Shown piece after piece: positions 1 through 11,594 of a DNA stretch of 64,000 nucleotides. The first letter of the stretch is position 1, and each line of letters starts with the position of its first letter. The DNA comes from Camelus ferus. Taxonomy: Eukaryota. The stretch covers positions 104,162,001-104,226,000 of the forward strand of contig NC_045697.1 in NCBI RefSeq assembly GCF_009834535.1, read 5' to 3'. The position numbers and the translations under genes were made by a program. The notes under the pieces were generated by a model that made no database searches, was not told where the DNA came from, and saw only the letters and a list, made by a program, of their open reading frames with translations.

Positions 1-1354
1 TTTCAGGGCCATGAATAAGATAAAATAAGGTGATGTAATGAGGTAAGGGTGTGTGTGTCTGTGTCTGTGTGTGGGTTGGAGGATGTTTGTTTAGACTGAG
101 TTCTTAGAGAAGGCCTCCATATGAATATGACATTTAAGCTGAAACCTGAGTGAAGGAGGGAATGGAGAAGTCAGGGGCAGATCTGGGAAAAGAACATCAC
201 AGGTAGATGGAGTAAAACAAGCGAAGCTCCAGAGGTAGGAGCAGAGTGGGTATGTTGACCTGTGGCAGACAGACAGCTCAGGTGCCTCCATATGACTGAC
301 TCATTCTGGTGTATGTATCTTTGGATAATTCCCTCCCCATAAGTGTATGTGTATGTGTTATCTGTGACATGCTTCTAACCAATCAAAAGATGAGCTGTCA
401 CTCCTCTTATGTGATATAAGACTCTATCTTGCTATCAGACTCAGTCCAGTCTCTCACTCTTTTTCTGTTGTTGGCAAACCACAGCCAAAAGGAACTGAAT
501 GCTTTTGAAACCCACACCAGTGGGGAACCTGCTGCTTCCTTAGCTGGGCCTCCAGATGAGAACACCATCTTGACCAGTCCCTTGATTGGAGCCTGTGAGA
601 CCCTAAGCAAAGGATCCAGGTAAGATATGCCTGGACTCCTGACCCACAGAAACTATGAGATAATAGATGTGTTGTTCTACCTTGTTAAATTGTAGCAATT
701 TGTTACAGAACATAGAAGTCAATCCATGGCCCCCAGTCAGAATGTACTTTTGGCTGAAGGGCCATGATCCAAGGGAACAGGACTACATTTGAGATGAGGC
801 TGAAGGGTGACGACGTAGGACCTTAAGACATGGTAAGAAAATTTGATTTTACTATTAAGTGTGTTAGAAAGTCATTGGAGAGATTTAAATAGGAGAGTGA
901 TATGATTAGGCATTTCCTGGTTACTTGTGAAGGGTGGGCTATGGGGTGACCAGAGTGAACAGGAAGACATCTCAGAAGGCAGCTACGTTCATTAGTCTAG
1001 ATGAGAGAATGAAGTGGCTGGGATTAGGGTGGTAGAATGGAGTATAGTTTTTAAAAAAGAGAGAGACAGAGAGAGAAGAGTCAGGAAAAATTTGAATGCA
1101 GTCTACCAAATCATTTGGATTCAGCAACTGGGAGTATGGTGATTTCTTTACTGAAATGGAGAAATCTGAAGGTAAAGTTGGGTTTCTCAGGTAGAACACA
1201 GAGAGGGCAAATCCAGAGTGCTATTTTGACCTGTTAAATTTGAGATATCAGTGACATATTCAGGGGGTAAGATGTCAAGGAAGCTATTGAATAAGCAGGT
1301 CTGAGACTCAGTTTGAGTGACATATATTTGGAAGTAATCAGAATACTGATTGTA
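1..1354 (-). mobile_element. Ancient LINE-2 fragment(s), interrupted by an MLT1 LTR (261-726) and ending at the RPL29 retrocopy
   Basis: Purine-rich degenerate sequence with typical antisense L2 motifs (e.g. 'gacatttaagctgaaacctgagtgaagg', 'ttgacctgttaaatttgagatatcagtgacatattcaggggg'). Recognised by eye; boundaries approximate. Confidence 0.7.
261..726 (+). mobile_element. MaLR (MLT1-family) solo LTR
   Basis: Starts TG (tgtggcagac) and ends CA (aatcca). Has the MLT1 3' motif 'ctcctgacccacagaaactatgagataata...ttgttacag'. Near 5-bp TSD tgacc (256-260) / tggcc (727-731). Confidence 0.8.
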
Positions 1355-1932
1355 CTCTTTCTCTTCCTGTCCCAGGCGATTCGGGATCTCCCGGCCCCAG
1401 TGCAGACACGACCACGTCGAAGAACCACACCACACACAACCAGTCCCGAAAATGGCACAGAAATGGCATCAAAAAACCCCGATCACAACGATACGAATCT
1501 CTTAAGGGGGTGGACCCCAAGTTCCTGAGGAACATGCGCTTTGCCAAGAAGCACACCAAGAAGGGCCTGAAGAAGATGCAGGCCAACAACGCCAAGGCCA
1601 TGAGTGCACATGCTGAGGCTATCAAGGCTCTCGGAAAGCCCAAGGAGGTCAAGCCCAAGGTCCCAGAGGGCAGCAGCCGCGAGCTCCGTCGACTTGCCTA
1701 CATTGCTCACCCCAAGCTCGGGAAACGTGCTCGTGCCCGGATCGCCAAGGGTCTCAGGCTCCGTCAGCCAAAGGACAAGGACAAGGCTCAGACCAAGGCC
1801 ACAGCTTCAGCTGCAGCTCCGGCTCCAGCTCAGGCTCCCAAAGGCACCCAGGCCCCCACAAAGGCTCCCGAATAGAGGCTCCCATCTATTGATGTGAGGA
1901 TAGAAGGACTGGCATGACCCCTGGGCTGCTGT
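1355..1932 (+). pseudogene. RPL29: Processed retrocopy of 60S ribosomal protein L29 (eL29), including the 5' TOP/UTR and part of the 3' UTR
   Basis: Intronless frame 1408-1875 reads (T)[48 protein letters not shown]...[15 protein letters not shown], clearly RPL29. The initiator is ACG (1408-1410). 5' pyrimidine tract ctctttctcttcc at 1355. 3'UTR-like 'tgaggatagaaggactgg...ccctgggct' follows. No poly(A) visible. Confidence 0.95.
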
Positions 1933-2180
1933 TAGTTAAAACCAGAAATGGGATTGGAAGAGGAAGTGTTAACATGATATGTAATAAGGAAAACTTAAAT
2001 AAATATAGAAACTTGCTTCTGACACTGAATAGAGAACTTTGCTTTGTTGACATCTAAACCAGTAGGCTATTATCACTATGCTTAACAATATTCATAAAAT
2101 AATTCTTTAATGTGCACTTACTATTTGCTTGAGATTTGGAGATTGGGAGTCATGTGCATATAGTAAAATCAAAATTAGCT

Positions 2181-2243
2181 CACACAACATTGTAAAATGA
2201 ATATAAATCAATAAAAAACGTTAAAAACAAAATAAAACAAAAC
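2181..2243 (+). mobile_element. Extremely 5'-truncated young L1 insertion (~42 nt of 3' end plus A-rich tail)
   Basis: 'acacaacattgtaaaatgaatataaatcaataaaaaacgttaaaaa' nearly matches the 3' terminus of the full-length L1 (reverse complement of ~42715-42761). TSD aaaatcaaaattagct (2165-2180) / aaaaccaaagttagct (2244-2259), 14/16. Confidence 0.85.
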
Positions 2244-5200
2244 AAAACCAAAGTTAGCTGAAGTCCCAGGGTAACCATCCCCTATAGCCAGCTTCTCCCT
2301 GGACAGGCCTTCCCATTCCCTGCCCACCACCACCCCTGTTTCCATTTGAGCCATTGACTCAGCCCCAGCAAGCGACTCCACTAGTCTACCTTCACCCTTT
2401 ATCGGTTTTATGTGACCTCTTTGCTTCCAGGCTTTTAGCCATTAGTCATACTTGTTTAAACTGCAATTTTCATTTCGTAGTTAGAAATGATTACTTCCAA
2501 AATCAAATCACCTACTGGTCTACATTTGAACCGTATCCTCTCTTACTCTTTGGTTGTAGTAAGGCTAACACATGACACCCATGGATTATGGTTAAAGAGT
2601 CAAATGAATTGATAATAATAAACTGAAGATCTACAAAGATGTGATGTTGTTAAAGGAAACAGAGATAATCCCACACAGAGTTTTGACTGTAGGATTTCTC
2701 ACTTCTCAAGAGTGAGTCTTATCTTTCTTTCATAAGCATGAAAAAACCTGGAGCTCAGGAGTGCCTCAGGCAAGTGAGTTTGAAGGTCTTCTTCAAGACT
2801 GAACGAAAGATAATAATCAAAATCTAGGTCAAGATGCTATTTATTCTAGAGAGAATTGTTTAAGCTAATGCTTTAAATTTAACTCAGAACACATTTTAAT
2901 ATATGATTCATACCATGTCTATCAGATATTCTTAATGACTGCACACGTTGTAATCTCATTCGGGCTATTTTACTTTGAGGAATTGTCTAACATCAAGTAG
3001 TACAGCCATTAAATTATCATTACAAAGCTATCAAACTTCCTTCATTGCATCTATTTCTCAAGACACAGTTGTACTATACGGGTCTGAAAGCTTTATAAAG
3101 TTCAATATACCTTTTCAGAGAGAGAATGAAAACAAAGCGTTTATGGTTTTAGAAAAGAAACAGAATGGAAAAAGTGGCAAAGAAAAAAGATCTGGTCTGA
3201 TCCATGACAAGGAAAGTTTACCCTTAGAGAACCAGAAGGAAGCTGCTTCAACTTATGGTTAGCAACAGCACAGGCATGTTAAATTTTGTAATAATTATTA
3301 AAAAAATAAGTAAAAAAATATTTGTGAATTAGCCAAATTTTATAAAGTGGTGAACAGTTGGTGGGAACAAATATAATTATTCAATGTGAATACGTTTCTA
3401 TGGAAGAAATTAAGCTATACTGCATGTGAGCTACACTTCAACAATATCATTCTAGTTTGTGGTATACAACAAGTCAACATTTGGTATTTAAATGAATTTA
3501 AATGAACTACATGAAGTAGTTTACTCTGAAAGTTTCTTTTATCTTATCAATTCATTTGCATAGTTGGTCATGAACACTGGTTCTGCGTGAAGACACATAA
3601 AGCACAGCGTGAATGAAATTAGGATAAAGTCAAAGTGAGTCCCAAAAGACTTAGACACAGCAGTCCTGCTAAAATCCAGAGAATAAGAAAACAGAGCAAG
3701 ATTGGACTCTCTGGCTAAAGGCTTCACATAGCAGTAGGACTATTTGGAAGAAAAAAATAAAGTGTTAAAAGAGGTAGAAATAGTTTGAGTTCTGTTAGAA
3801 TAAGACTTAGCGTTTGCATAACCAGAAGTCTAGAGATGCTAAGGAGATGGATTTCATAGCGGGTGTGGGGGTGGGTGCTGAACTGTAGGGTGAGGGAGTT
3901 ACTCACACATCCAGCACTGAGGATGGAAGAGGAGGCCACTTCTGATTAGTAGTTGAGAACGAGGAGAGTGAGCCATGGCAATAGGGTCTGTAGGTTAGAC
4001 CATGCAAAGGAGCAAAGGACTAACAAGAGAAAGGCCAGATTTCTCACTGTGCTTTATGACCAAAACATTACACCAAATTTCCATAAAATGATTTTTTTCA
4101 TAAAACGATGACTAATGGCCACAAGGAGGTTAGATGGGTGTAAAATTCTTAGTTACAAATAAATTTCCATAACTGCCAGTGGCTCAGTGGAACTTTTCTA
4201 GGCATATGGTGATTATCCAGCCCAAATTACAACTGAGGAAATTGTGGACTAAAGGATGACACGAGCATCCAGCTAAAGGTTAAGGCAGAACACAGGCCAT
4301 CCAACTCTTCCAAGGTCAAGCGTCTCTCCAACACTCTCCAAGAAGGACATGTGATCTCTCCTTCAGAGACAGGATGGCTTATTGAAATTTACAAGTAAGC
4401 CCTGAACTGCCCTTTCAGCCAACATGTCTAACTTCCCCCAAGCTAAATCAGAGTAAATCAGAGAGAAATAATAGAACATAGTTGATTTGCATTTTATCTT
4501 CTTTTATTTTCTGTTTTACTTCTCACAGGGTTGCTAACAAGCAGTGAAATGCCCAAATGTCAGAAAAGGAGGGAAAGCAAAGGATACAGAAAACCCACAA
4601 AGTGACTAATCAGCCCCAGTGTGACTGGGCGTTAACACCAACATATTTATTTGGTGCAGATCAAAAATCCTCATCACATTTTCAAATCTCAAAGAACCCA
4701 AATGAATCTGGACCTGGAAGAACAATTCCTCTGGAATATAATGACTTGCCAGCTTCCCCCAGAACCGACTGACACTTATCATATGAAACTGAGGCACTAG
4801 CTCCTCTGATCCCAAAGGGTGTGGTTATAACTGAACATAAAAAATGATCTGCTGCTGGATCATTCCCCTGCATGATTCCGTCCGTGTTCCCATCTCCTGC
4901 ACTGGACAGGTGTAGGCAACAGATGATCTTCAGCCTGGGGAGAGGAAGAGCGAGGTGTTCCTTCCCGATTCCATGCACACATGCACACATACGCGCACCC
5001 GAGTGATCGGCCAGCTCCCTTCTAAAGAGCTGTCATTCCATCCACACCAATATATACAAATACCAAAGGGCCAGAGTCCTGGAGAGTGCTTTCCCGAGGT
5101 GGCTAATTATCCCCGCTACCTTTCCTGGGCTCACTTCCCCTCCTCCATAGTACCGCTGAGCTCATCTTCCTAGACTCTTTTGTCTCAGCCCCCAAATCAG

Positions 5201-5843
5201 ATAATCTCCATCCCTTGGTCTTTAAAGCCATTTTCTCCCATCCTTCCAAGCGACTGCCCACTCCTGTGGCCCAGCCTCCACTGGGAGTTTCAGTTATTTC
5301 CTCCTGGCTTGTGTCCCTGCTAGCAAGGACAAAGAGGATTTCTCTAATTCTGAGAGTCATGGATAGAGGGACAGAGAAAAAGGACAAGACTTCCGAAAAG
5401 GTCTGGCCCGAAGGTGAACTATCTAACAAAACCAGCCCCATCTCCTCAACGGTGCCTCTTCTGGTGGCTCATCTCCTGTGTCTGAGTATCTATCCCCTTC
5501 CTGCTCTTTTAGGTGCAGATTCTAGAAAGTGTGAGCAGAATGTAAGTCAAAAGTCTATAATTTCCCAAAACAATCCATTTCTGGTTGCTGCCGCATGAGC
5601 TGACACTTTCTTTGTTACAAAGCTCACTATATCAACCTGTTAGGATAGTGCTGAGTAACTTGTTAGCAACTTCATTGGCAGAAAGAGAGAAAGATACTGG
5701 ATTTAATTTATGCAGCAATGTTGTGCTGTGTTAAATATCTTATTCAGACCCCTCAGGAACATGAGCACAAGGTCAAAGACACCACTGTGTGTTCAGACCT
5801 GTCCCAAAGGCTCCTGAGGGGAAGGGATGAGAAGAGGGGCTGA

Positions 5844-6138
5844 TACTTGGTCCAACACCAGTTTGTATATGGCTGTGAAGGTATTTTTAGATGAGATTAA
5901 CATTTAAATCAGTAACCTTTGAGTAAAGCAGATAAATGAAAAACTGAAGTCCCTGGAGGAAGAATGAATTCTGCCTCCAGACTGCCTTGGACTTGAGTTG
6001 CAATACCAGCTCTTCCCTGGGTTTTCAGCCTGCTGGCCTGACCTGCAGAATTTGGACTTGCCAGCTCCCATGATTTGCAGGATCCAGTTCCTTAAAATAA
6101 ATCTCTGTCTCTGTCTCTGTCTCTATCTCTTTCTCTTT

Positions 6139-6182
<44 letters not shown>

Positions 6183-6225
6183 CCCCCCATGGGTGCTGTT
6201 TCTCTGGAGAACCCTGACTAGTACA
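5844..6225 (+). mobile_element. ERVL-type MLT2 LTR (partial) with internal (AC)n
   Basis: MLT2 motifs 'gatgagattaacatttaaatcagt', 'ttctgcctccagactgccttggact', 'ttccttaaaataaatctct' and terminal 'tttctctggagaaccctgactagtaca'. Confidence 0.8.
6141..6180. repeat. (AC)20 microsatellite
   Basis: Direct inspection. Confidence 0.97.
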
Positions 6226-9200
6226 CAGGGTCTCAGCTCTGGCCTGGGACGTGTCTCTAAGGTTATTGTCTCCCTTGCTTTCATTAAGATGACTGCTAAA
6301 ATTCCAGTGCAGGCCATGTTCATGTTTCTTATAAGTTGTGTGAATATAAGCTTCTCTTATTAATTGCTGTTGATTAGCCAAAAGGCAAATATTTAATTAA
6401 ACCTTGAGAGATAATAAAATTGCACATGAATTATCTATCTAAGAGTGCATAGGTCTGTGCATTTCATTACGACGATTTAACTAACAATCACGTCTCTTAT
6501 ATCCAGTCTTTCTTTGAGCAAGTTGATTGTTTTCTGCTCTGTTTTGTTTTGTTTTCTCTAAAATTCACCAGAGGGACAATGTTATTTTTTCTAAAGTCAT
6601 TTGTTGGTTGATTTGTATTTACTTGTCTTCTCCTCCATGTCCCATTAGAAGCACTGGTGGTCACAGCACAGAAGAACATTTTTGTTTAGTATCCTTGAAC
6701 ATGTATACTCAAGAGTAATTATTGACCAGATTGAGTGACAGGGAAGACTCTTAAGAGAAAAAAATGTAGCTGGAACGTGAACAAAACTGTTTTTTATTTG
6801 CTTTTATTGCCTAGGGATTTTCTCAGTGCTGCTGTTCTGTGAATGTCCACAGGACAAGTGGGTCACTCTGGTATTGGCTGAGTGGGTTTTGAATGTTTAC
6901 TTGAAGTACAGAGATTTCTATTTGGCTACTTAAAGAAACAGTAAACATCTAAACACCACTAGTGTGCCTGCTCAGGACTGAACAGAAGTGGCTGTAAGGT
7001 CTTCAATACAGACCCCTGGAGATTTTTCCTAAAGAGAATGAGGCAGTTGGCTTCCCCGGGCTGTTGCCAAGGCTGGACCACCAACCACAGGGGCCGAAAT
7101 TGTGAAAAAGAAAACTAACACTTTCACTTCTAGAACTACTGAAATTATGCTTTTCTCAGCTTGCTTTGTTTGTTTGTTTGTTTTACATTACCTGCCCTTT
7201 CATTTATGATGGTGACAGTTCATAGTCAGGTACCCATGTGTCTTTTAACGGCCTCACTTTGCAATAAAAAGTTCTGTATTTGTTCTGCTCATTCTTTTAA
7301 AGAATATTTTGAAATTGACTGTCTTACGAAAACACCTGAGAAGTGCTGGCCAACATACAGCTTTCTTGCTCATGTTTGATGCCAGCATTTCCAAATTCTA
7401 GTCACCCCTCTGATATCCCAAGAGTGTATGTCTATGCAATGACATGCACACCGTTGTTTGCCATCTCCGTGGTGCAGGGCGCTGATCTCTGGGACCAGAT
7501 GGCACTACTGGAGTGGTTGACACCAGATTGTTAAAGAAGACGCTCTCTTCTAATGGTGTGGAGCCAGGACAACTCAGGAAACGGCACACACATTTTCCTG
7601 GGTCATCCCTTGCTTCCTGTCTAAATGAGGCTGCTAGCAAGACCTAAACTATGCGCTATAGGTTGGCTCTAAGGATTGTTCACACAGCATGGGCCAGTGT
7701 CTGGGGCTATGCAGAGTGAGCAGAATTAAACCATTAACTCGGCTGAAAAAATACCCCACAAAGGCTCTGAGGTATTCCTCTAAGTGCGGGCATAATTCAC
7801 CTTGTTCTCTCAAGCAAGGAGTTACTTTGGGTTGTGTTTCTCTAATCACACATGCCACTCTGACTGTATTAATAATAAAGAAGCCTTCTTATCTAAAGAT
7901 GGTATACATATATTTCAAATCATGTTGTGCATAGGATTCAAAGGATTACTGACATGAATAATGTTCAAGAAAAAGACCATCTAAAATTTTTCTAGCTACA
8001 AAGTTATGAATTTTATAGGTCAGTTGTTTACACTGACTACCTCAGATTTACTTTATTAATTCACATTGTACAGTTAAAATGAAAAAGACAATAATTCTTT
8101 TTATTGTCAAAATTCGAACATACTTATGATTCATTTATTCATTTATTTGGTCCTTGTCGAGTTTCTTGTATGGGTCAGGCATTGTGCTGGATGCTGAACA
8201 CACATCACCATAAAAAGACAACACAATAAGTAATAAAAAGGGGTCAGTTCTATGTCAGAAGCAAGCTGGGGCAGCTAAGGGCTTGTATTCATGGCCAGAC
8301 GGATGATTCACAAAAAGAAACCAACCCTAATTTTCAACCACTTTTTGCCCTTCTCCACACCTGCCTTGGGCACATACGCTTTCAGTGCTAAGATGATATT
8401 TTCCATTCCTTTCCTTCCTGCCTTCTCAGAAATACAGGAAGTTTGAAATCCTGAGACATGCTGACTGATTTAAACCCTGGGACTCGCTAGAGGAACAGTG
8501 ATTTAATGGTACTGCTGAAACACTAGTCATTGATTTAAGACTCTTAGAGAACCCGTTGCTGAATTATCGGGTGTTGGTTTGAAAGGAAACTCAAAGCAAC
8601 CACAGGAGTCACAAATACACGATGTGGAAATAGTGGTTTAGCTGCAATCTTGGAGGGAAGGCTGGGAAGAGCTGGATGCAAGACATTGGGTGATATTAGC
8701 AGAGGGGTGGCTACAGAGGAGCGCTGACTCAGCACAACCCTAAGATTGCTGCTGGGACAGAGGACCAGAGTGAGCCCAGATGAAACCCGCCAGCCGCTGA
8801 GAGCCACTCAAGTTCAATGCAGAGACTTTTATTTCTGTGTGCAGTTATTTAGACTGAAAATGGCAACGTGCAACTGTGAGGCAGATCTCATTCATGCATA
8901 ATTGAAACACCCAAGGGTAAAATAGTGAGGCACAATGGATGACATCTGATAAAAAGAGAGCAAGGCAAGAGAAGAAGTTAAAAACAAGATACAAGGCCCT
9001 GGGGACCAGCACGAAGAATACCTGACATAGGCCAAATAATCTCAAATAAAAATATCCAAATTACCAGACAATGCAAATATAAAGACAAAGGCCTGGAAGA
9101 GGCACGAGGATTGGGGAGGGGAAATATGCTCAGAATACGAAACACTCAAGGGATGAGTCACTGGTGAGTGAAACTCTTATTGCAACCACGGTAGCGTTTA

Positions 9201-9619
9201 TGTAGTGTTCTCACGTACCTAGGAACTAAAAGAATTAAACCAGCACAAGATTCATTGTCTGAAGTCACATTCTAAGTGACTACGCAATATATACATGTAT
9301 ATGCACAGGTATGTAGGTATGTATGTATCTGTATTACCTGTATAGGTCCATATAGTTTTACATATATGTATATAAAACTACAGACCATATGTACACATGA
9401 ATGTTAAAATTTTCTTAACTTACTGGGACAGCAGTAGTGTGTGTGTACATGTGTGTATCTGTATATACTTGGCTTCCTAGCTGTGAAGGATCAATTCCAT
9501 TTCATTACAGAGATTTGTAGAAAAGTCAGTATTGTGACAAGCATTTCAAGGAGAAAAGTGACTGGCTGGGAAACAGGGAATGAGTAATACAGTTGGCTTG
9601 TCCATTTCTCTTGCAAACA

Positions 9620-9760
9620 CACAGGTCATTTATTAAGTACCTATCAAGGACTAGGTGTTCTGGACTATTCCATTTAAACCACAAGAATTTCCTACGAGGC
9701 ATTATCATTGCCATTTTAGGATGGAGATTTTGAGGCTCAGAGAAATTAAGTCACATAAAC
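9620..9760 (-). mobile_element. MIR SINE fragment
   Basis: MIR core 'attatcattgccattttaggatggagattttgaggctcagagaaattaagtcac'. Confidence 0.65.
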
Positions 9761-10977
9761 TTGTCTGATTATCATAAACCCACACTCTTCTCATTACACA
9801 GTCCTCTATTCCTTTCAAGAGATGAAAAGGGAAGGCTGCCTAGAAAAGTTCTCACGATGCAACTTTCTACTGTTGGGCTAGAATTATTTTTACTCACTCA
9901 TACGATGTACATTTTCACTAAACAAAGTGAATATTATAAAAATAAAGCTACATTTATTTCCTTTTGTTAAAAAAATGAGAGAGAGAGAGAGAGAGCAAAG
10001 CCTTTAGGTTGCTTAAGGATTCTGTATTTAGATCTGTATTTAGTTCTGTATTTAGATCCATGACTTGCTCCCATTTTTACCCCCTGCAATGAGAAGGAAC
10101 TCTAAAGATGTGCATCCCATACCAATGGGAACACGAGCTAGTTGTAGGGAGAAAATCCATGCCAGATACCCCATTAGTTTACCATACATGTCTTTATTAC
10201 CTAAGAAAGGGGTAATGAAACGTCTAACTTCATGCCAGTGAAAGGTTATTATACACTCATATACAAGGCATTGAGAATTCAAGAGCTAAAAGTCAGAGTT
10301 CCTGCCCTCTACAGACTCCAAATAAATCTGTCTGTATATAAACATGTATATATATGTAATTGTAAATATGTGTAAGGCAAGTGATAAAAGCCTTAGGGGG
10401 GGGGCACGAGAAATAAGTACATCAGGAACTGGAGAAGAGATAGACCACCTAAGGCTTGGCTTCATTCAGATTCCAATACACGCGCAAAAAGTTTGTATCC
10501 ACACAGCAAACCTTGCTACCTCTGCTCCTTTCTGATGACTTAAAAATGACTTCCCTTTCAAGAATCAGTCTCAGATTCTGGAGGACCTACTAAGGTACTA
10601 GAGAAAACTGGTCCCACCCTGTCACAAATATGGAAACTGAGGTTCAGAGAGGGCTAAGTAATTTATCGACAACCAAATGGACAGCTAAATTACTTAAAAA
10701 TATCTCTGAGAGTAAATATGTTACACTGAAAGGCTTGAAAATAAATCTTTTAGCTGGAAACAAGGACTGGCTCTAAACCAAATGGAAAACATTGAACTGG
10801 GGGAATCAGGCAACCATGGTTCTAGTATGTTCAATAGTTTTTACAGCCTGGAAATATCTTGCTTAACCTCATGAGTGGTCATCTTCTCCATCTATAAAAG
10901 GAGGGCCAGTGGATTAATGATTTCTCATTTCTCTGGTCATTTCTAGCAATGAGATATCAGGGTTTAATAATTCTAAG

Positions 10978-11034
10978 TTAAGCTGATAAGAACAGATGTG
11001 ACATTCGATCTTAGCCAAAAGGCCGAGAAATGAT
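10978..11034 (-). pseudogene. RNU2: U2 snRNA pseudogene fragment (nt 1-57)
   Basis: Reverse complement ATCATTTCTCGGCCTTTTGGCTAAGATCGAATGTCACATCTGTTCTTATCAGCTTAA versus U2 ATCGCTTCTCGGCCTTTTGGCTAAGATCAAGTGTAGTATCTGTTCTTATCAGTTTAA: 49/57 identical, starting exactly at U2 nt 1. Confidence 0.93.
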
Positions 11035-11594
11035 TTACAATAGCCAAGACATGGAAACAACCTAAATGTCCATCAACAGATGACTAGATAAAGAAGCTGT
11101 GGTATATTTATACAATGGAATACTACTCAGCCATAATAAGAATAAAATAATGCCATTTCTAGCAACATGGATGGACCTGGAGATTATCATATTAAGTGAA
11201 GTAAGTCAGAGAAAGACAAATATCATATGATATCACTTATATATGGAATTTTTTAAAAAGATACAAATTTTATTTACAAGCCAAAAATAGACTCACAGAC
11301 ATAGAAAACACACTACTATGGTTACAAATGAGAAGGGGCAGGGGAGAGAGAAATTAGGAGTTTGGGATTAACAGATCTACATCACTATGTATAAAACAGA
11401 TAAAACAACAAGGATCTACTGTATAGCACAGGGAACTATATTCAATTTCTTATAATAACCTAGAATGGAAAAGAATCTTAAAAAGAATATATATATGTAT
11501 GTAAATGTATAATTGAATCGCTTTGCTGTACACCTGAAACTAACGTTGTAAACCAACTACACTTCAATTAAAAATGAAATGTAAAATTAAAAAA
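11035..11594 (+). mobile_element. 5'-truncated L1 (ORF2 C-terminus remnant, 3' UTR and A-rich tail), fused to the inverted U2 fragment
   Basis: 'ttacaatagccaagacatggaaacaacctaaatgtccatcaacagatgac' encodes the ORF2 C-terminal [14 protein letters not shown] motif. L1 3'UTR motif 'ctactgtatagcacagggaactatattcaa'. TSD aattctaagttaa (10969-10981) / aattctaaattaa (11595-11607). Confidence 0.92.

Noticed and set aside
1510..1875. 121-aa ORF called from 1510
   Set aside because: It starts at a GTG (V35 of RPL29); the homologous frame begins at the mutated ACG at 1408. Treated as a retrocopy, not an independent gene.
4490..4772. Strong-looking splice acceptor (polypyrimidine tract plus cacag at ~4524-4528) followed by a 71-aa ORF
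   Set aside because: No protein similarity or matching donor was identified, and such acceptors occur by chance. A lncRNA exon cannot be excluded without RNA-seq.
10978..11034. Functional U2 snRNA gene
   Set aside because: Only nt 1-57 are present, the branch-point recognition sequence is mutated, there is no Sm site and the upstream sequence is L1.
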